DNA of 21,607 nt from Candidatus Hermodarchaeota archaeon (GTDB lineage: Archaea; Asgardarchaeota; Lokiarchaeia; Sigyniarchaeales; SOKP01). Shown one piece after another: positions 16,955 to 21,607 of this stretch. The stretch spans positions 1-21,607 of the forward strand of contig JBHLLO010000051.1 of NCBI GenBank assembly GCA_048885535.1, given 5' to 3'. Each line of letters begins with the position of its first letter. The stretch's first letter is position 1. Below the pieces are notes generated by a model. The model saw only the letters and a program-made list of their open reading frames with translations, did no database searches and was not told the DNA's origin. The translations under genes and the position numbers were made by a program.

Positions 16955-18520
16955 TTAATTCGTGTTTATTAATTCTCCATAACCGATTAATCTATATCTT
17001 CTATTAATTATCCTAGAAATTGCAAAGATAAAATCTTTAGGAATGCAAATTGGGGGATTTAATTGTAAGACATAAGAGTTTTTAAGTATTTTAGTTATGG
17101 TTCCCCCTGTTTTCTCTGTACCCACAACTAATAATAACTTTTCATTATGTTTAAGTTCTGTAACTTTTATTTGCATCTCTGAACCGATAACTCTTTCGAG
17201 TAAGTGTACACTTAATTCCACTTCTGAAATAACCTCGGGTAATGAACCCGGCTTTCCAACTAGATGACCTATTAAGGAATCACCCTTAGTTAAAGCTGGA
17301 TCTAGCTTTGTTCCCAAACCAATTAAACCGCCAGGCTTAGCTTCGTTTAATAAATTCATTCCCTGGCTTATACTAACTATTTTAGATTTAATTGGGGAAT
17401 AACTATTTTTAATTCTTATACCTGGTCTAATTTCGATTTCATCACCTACATCAATCTTTCCTTTTAGGACTGATCCTCCGATAACTCCTCCTTTTAATTT
17501 TCCAACTTCAGTCCCGGGTTTATTAATATCAAAAGATCTAGCAACCAAAAACTGGAAGTCTTCATCTTCGTTTAATTTTGGAGTAGGAATTATTTCTTCA
17601 AAGGCTCTAACGATCAATTCTATATTAGCACCAAATACAGCTGACACAGGTAAAATAGGAGCCTTTTCAATAGATGTGTCTTTAACAAATTCTTTTATTT
17701 GATTGTAATTTTCTAATGCTTGCTCTTTAGATACAGCATCAATTTTGTTTTGAATTATAATTACTTTATCGATCCCTGCAATATTTAAAGCGGCAAGATG
17801 TTCTCGAGTTTGAGGTTGTGGACATATTTCGTCGGCTGCAATTAATAGGCATGCTCCATCCATCAAAGATGCTCCGCTTAACATTGTAGCCATCAAAATT
17901 TCATGCCCAGGAGCATCTACAAATGAGATATTTCTTTTAAATACTAAATTTCCGTCACATCTGCTACAACTATAAGTTGATTGTCCTTTTTTGCGATTTT
18001 TTTCTGCCATGTAAGATGTAATATACTCATCACATTCAGGGCAATATAATATTGTAGCATTTGAATAACCCAGTTTGATTGAAATTCCTCTATCTTTTTC
18101 TTCTGAATGTCTATCTGTCCAATCTCCAGTAAGGGCTTTAACTAGAGTTGTTTTACCATGATCTACATGACCTACTAAACCAATATTGCATTCTGCTTGT
18201 TGTTTCATTAGATTATTTAAATCTTTTGCTCTTTCGGGTGAATCTTTTTTAATTGACTTCTTATCCAATTTTGATTTGATTTTCTGTGGTGTTTCCTTTT
18301 TCGTAGGTTTTGGCTCTTCTTTCTGTTGTGACTTTAACAATTCTTTTGCATTATTGATATATTTTTTAGCTGTGGATTCACCTACTCCTTTAATTTTTAT
18401 TTTAGTTAGATCTTCGGGTTTACTTGAAGCTAGTTTTTCAACTGAATCTATACCTGCTGCTTTCAATCTTTCAGCAGTAGCCTTACCTATTCCAGAAATA
18501 TCTTCTAATTGTAGCGTCAT
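16955..18520 (-). CDS. eif2g: Translation initiation factor 2 gamma subunit with an N-terminal HhH-domain extension
   Basis: QAECNIGLVGHVDHGKTTLVKALTG.WTDRHSEE..RGISIKLGY, Zn knuckle, DAPGHE.LMATMLSGA, CPQPQTREH, QNKID, RSFDINKPG, RYRLIGYG. Confidence 0.96.
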   Translation of the reverse strand: MTLQLEDISGIGKATAERLKAAGIDSVEKLASSKPEDLTKIKIKGVGESTAKKYINNAKELLKSQQKEEPKPTKKETPQKIKSKLDKKSIKKDSPERAKDLNNLMKQQAECNIGLVGHVDHGKTTLVKALTGDWTDRHSEEKDRGISIKLGYSNATILYCPECDEYITSYMAEKNRKKGQSTYSCSRCDGNLVFKRNISFVDAPGHEILMATMLSGASLMDGACLLIAADEICPQPQTREHLAALNIAGIDKVIIIQNKIDAVSKEQALENYNQIKEFVKDTSIEKAPILPVSAVFGANIELIVRAFEEIIPTPKLNEDEDFQFLVARSFDINKPGTEVGKLKGGVIGGSVLKGKIDVGDEIEIRPGIRIKNSYSPIKSKIVSISQGMNLLNEAKPGGLIGLGTKLDPALTKGDSLIGHLVGKPGSLPEVISEVELSVHLLERVIGSEMQIKVTELKHNEKLLLVVGTEKTGGTITKILKNSYVLQLNPPICIPKDFIFAISRIINRRYRLIGYGELINTN

Positions 18521-18686
18521 TCCAAATTTAATATGAGTTATTCTAATTACTTTATCTAAGAAATTATATGTTGTATTTTATAATAAATTAATTGTTAAAT
18601 ATGAACCGTCTGAAATTTGACTAAAAATTTATAAATTTACACTCGGTTTTGATTAAAATCTTAAATTGGTTTATGGCATATAGAAT

Positions 18687-18821
18687 ATGCTCTTAACCCA
18701 AAAGATACGAATTATTCCTTCTCAAGCACAATCAAAGGTATTATGGGCTTTATCAGAGAAATGTCGGTTACTCTATAATTTTGGGTTAAAAGAAAGGATA
18801 AATCTTATTTTAGCGTTATAA
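18687..18821 (+). pseudogene. tnpB: 5' remnant of IS200/IS605-family tnpB (HTH_OrfB_IS605 region only)
   Basis: ORF MLLTQKIRIIPSQAQSKVLWALSEKCRLLYNFGLKER(INLILAL*) fits the TnpB N-terminus pattern K.R..P...Q...L......CR.LYN..L.ER. It truncates where it meets the convergent gene at 18805. No RuvC or Zn-finger part follows. Confidence 0.78.
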
Positions 18822-19032
18822 TAGTCTTAATGGCACCATTTTTCTTGTCAAGTTCATAAAATGAGACTTGTAAGAGACTATCGACATAAAAAGTAGATAT
18901 TTTACCACAAGATTCATTTTGATGATGAATATATACAGGAGCAGGATATTGAGATGAATCTATATCATCCTTCTCAATTTTAAACACAATCTTCTGATTG
19001 CAATGTGGACAAGTATTGAATCTTAGTGGCAT
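18805..19032 (-). CDS. Small Cys/His putative Zn-binding protein
   Basis: 75 aa, CPHC...YPAPVYIHH....C....TFYVD; ATG start; AT-rich divergent promoter region upstream. Confidence 0.7.
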   Translation of the reverse strand: MPLRFNTCPHCNQKIVFKIEKDDIDSSQYPAPVYIHHQNESCGKISTFYVDSLLQVSFYELDKKNGAIKTIITLK

Positions 19033-19157
19033 AATTTTTACATACTTCTTTCTTTATTAATGCAACAATTATTTTTAATTATTAATAATATCAGACAATA
19101 TATTATTTACTTTAAAAATAATTATATATTGAATTGATTTTACTATATTAATTTAAG

Positions 19158-21299
19158 ATGAAGTATTTCGATTTATGGCAAAATCTAAAATTCATGTGTC
19201 TAATTTTAGTTTTACTTCTTCCTTTTACTTTTATATATAGAAATAATTCTCCAGCTACTAATCCAAACAGTAATCTTCTAAAGTTTCCTAATTCTTCTAG
19301 CAATGCATCCAACATAGATTTATCTAAATTACCCAAAATTGATTATAGTTACTGGTATGAACCCAAGATAGAAATGTTGGTAATTACTCCTGACAATGAA
19401 GACTTTATCAATGCAGTCTCTCCATTAGTAGAGTGGAAGAACAATAAAGGGTTAAAAACTATAATTTTAAGTAATTTTTCTGAATATCCTGGGAGAGATA
19501 ACGCAGAAAGAATCCGAAATATGATAAAAGTTTACTATGAACGAGAGAATGTTAAATGGGTTCTTCTCGCAGGTGACGCCAAAGATAATCTAATTCCTAT
19601 AAGGTATGTGTATAACCCCGATGTAGTAGAAGTTGGAGGAGGTGAAAGTGAATATTTAAATTGGGATCATTATTATAAACCTACTGATTTTTACTATGCT
19701 GATTTAACTGGCTCATGGGATAATGATAATGATAACATTTTTGGAGAGTCAGCTAAATATAATCGCGACGGAATAGACGAAATTAGCTGGACTCCAGAAG
19801 TTTATGTAGGACGCTTTCCTGCTAATTCTGCTGCTGAACTTGAAATAATGGTTAATAAGAGTCTAGAATATGAGTTAAATCCATTTATTGGTGATTGGAT
19901 GAATACTATGCTGTTAGCTGGAGGAATATCGGAATATTTTCCAGATGAGGATGAAGCAAGGCTTACGGAATATATTTGGACAAATTATGTACTATCAGAA
20001 ATGAATTTTACACATCTATATAAAACTACCTCAAGTTTTAATCCAACTCCCCCTCCACCTCCTAATAATCAATTAGAACTAGATTCTAACAATTTTGATA
20101 CACATTTCGATACAGGTTATTCAACTGTGATTTTTGCTGGACATGGTGATCCAACACAATACACAAGTTTGGGTATTATGTCTTCGGTTTATAGTAATTC
20201 TGATGCTTCGTCATCTGCAAATTTTCAGATGCCATCGCTGGTTTATGCTGATGCTTGCACTACCTCATCGTATGATAAAAATGATGATAGTATAGGAGAA
20301 ATTTTAATAAAAAGAGAAGATGCAGGAGCTATTGGTTATATTGGTGGGCTTAGAGTTACCTGGTATGTTAATAATGATACAAATTTGGAGTATCTGAACC
20401 GTGGAAATGCTAAGTTATTTTGGAAGACTTTTTTTAATCAGAAATACTTCCAGCAAGGTAAGGCACTTTTCGAATCTAAAATAGCATATATGAATTCAGA
20501 TATCTTTTTGATCGGTTTCTCTTCTATGTATTATGAATGGCATCGAAAAAATATATTAAGTTATTGTTTATTAGGAGATCCTGAATTGAATATTTATACA
20601 GATAAACCAAAAGAAGCAACCAATCCATTTAATGAATCATATAGCGAAGGTAGTCTTATATCAGTTATTATAAAGGATAAAAATAACAATTCGATACCCT
20701 TTGCTAGTGTAAACTTAAAAACTCTTGATGGTAAGGAGAGAACAGTATATGCAAATGAAAATGGTTTGGTGAATATTAGATTACCACCTCAAACAAATGA
20801 GAATTATAATATTACTATCACAGGACACAACCTAATCCCGTCGTATTTTAATTTCTCAACTTATACAGATAATTTCAAACCAGAAATACAAAATATTGAC
20901 TGGTTTCCGAAAATTCCGTCTCTTTTAGATAATATTTGTTTTAATATCACTGTATTTGACAATCATTCGGGAGTTGAGAGTGTGTTTATTATTTTATCTA
21001 AAAATGATTTCAAAGATTATAATTATTATAGAATTGAAAACGAAGATCTCCAAGATCTCATCCGATTTGAATATGAACTTAATAAACTAGACCCAGGGGA
21101 ATACTCATTTGCCATTGTGGCAAGAAATTATGCAAATAATACTGAAATCGTTTACAATGAAAGTTTTAAATTTACAGTCCCAGAACCTTTAATGGACTAT
21201 ATTCTTATAATTACATTACTTTTATTGCTTAGTCTCGTTGGAGTCTCATTTTTTGTTGTAATCAAAGGTATAAGGAAACGGAAAGAAATATTAAGATAA
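19158..21299 (+). CDS. Peptidase C25 (gingipain-like) cysteine protease, membrane-anchored
   Basis: LVEWK..KG, WVLLAGD, PTDFYYADL.G.WD.D.D...GE, PEVYVGRFP, catalytic His in FAGHG and Cys in ADACTT, GAIGYIG, LLGDP. N- and C-terminal TM helices and Ig-like C-terminal domains. Confidence 0.92.
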   Translation: MKYFDLWQNLKFMCLILVLLLPFTFIYRNNSPATNPNSNLLKFPNSSSNASNIDLSKLPKIDYSYWYEPKIEMLVITPDNEDFINAVSPLVEWKNNKGLKTIILSNFSEYPGRDNAERIRNMIKVYYERENVKWVLLAGDAKDNLIPIRYVYNPDVVEVGGGESEYLNWDHYYKPTDFYYADLTGSWDNDNDNIFGESAKYNRDGIDEISWTPEVYVGRFPANSAAELEIMVNKSLEYELNPFIGDWMNTMLLAGGISEYFPDEDEARLTEYIWTNYVLSEMNFTHLYKTTSSFNPTPPPPPNNQLELDSNNFDTHFDTGYSTVIFAGHGDPTQYTSLGIMSSVYSNSDASSSANFQMPSLVYADACTTSSYDKNDDSIGEILIKREDAGAIGYIGGLRVTWYVNNDTNLEYLNRGNAKLFWKTFFNQKYFQQGKALFESKIAYMNSDIFLIGFSSMYYEWHRKNILSYCLLGDPELNIYTDKPKEATNPFNESYSEGSLISVIIKDKNNNSIPFASVNLKTLDGKERTVYANENGLVNIRLPPQTNENYNITITGHNLIPSYFNFSTYTDNFKPEIQNIDWFPKIPSLLDNICFNITVFDNHSGVESVFIILSKNDFKDYNYYRIENEDLQDLIRFEYELNKLDPGEYSFAIVARNYANNTEIVYNESFKFTVPEPLMDYILIITLLLLLSLVGVSFFVVIKGIRKRKEILR

Positions 21300-21607
21300 G
21301 TTGCTTAGACAATATATCTTTTCTTCTAAGTTTCTTATAATGATTCAACATCACGTCAACTTCAGTTTATAAGTTTAATGGTTTATAATAAAAAAATTTA
21401 ATTAGTAGCCTTTATTAATTCTATTTACATAAAACCATATAAGTAAGACATTTTAAGAATAAATAGCTAAGCTTATGAAATGGTATAAATAAATCTTTTG
21501 ACCACAAAAATCATAAACATTTCGTATCGCGCTGGAAGTTAAACTGTTTTGCGTTGAAATTAGTACTGCAATTGAGATTTGTGGGAACTTTCTAACTGTG
21601 GCTTAGG

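Noticed and set aside
18186-18536. 116-aa plus-strand ORF
   Set aside because: Antisense mirror of the Lys-rich aIF2-gamma extension; its Phe/Leu richness reflects reversed AAA codons.
19148-19336. 62-aa minus-strand ORF
   Set aside because: Antisense to the signal region of the C25 protease.
21553-21580. GTTGAAAT...ATTGAGAT resembling an archaeal CRISPR repeat
   Set aside because: Single copy, no repeat-spacer periodicity and no cas genes in the window.

Overview
AT-rich, gene-dense archaeal chromosomal segment, most likely from an Asgard archaeon (Lokiarchaeia-like). The assignment is inferred from a ribosomal eL22-like gene, aIF2-gamma, TFS, form III RuBisCO and a membrane-anchored C25 peptidase. 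Gene order: partial ABC-2 permease, alpha/beta hydrolase, radical SAM protein, ROK kinase, phosphohexomutase, MFS transporter, uvrC (-), small Zn-finger protein, ribose-1,5-bisphosphate isomerase, form III RuBisCO, eL22, CitG-like protein, TFS, DUF167 (-), DHH/RecJ-like protein (-), surface glycoprotein plus a coupled hypothetical gene, aIF2-gamma (-), a tnpB 5' remnant, a small Cys/His protein (-) and a gingipain-like protease. The most notable points are: aIF2-gamma fused to an N-terminal helix-hairpin-helix domain and carrying a lengthened Zn knuckle; a RuBisCO with a shortened loop 6 next to a variant R15P isomerase, with no AMP phosphorylase in the window; the eukaryote-type eL22; a hydrolase that seems to need a non-canonical ATT start; and an unannotated tnpB fragment. 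No rRNA, tRNA or CRISPR array was recognised. All family calls come from motif recognition by eye, not database searches.
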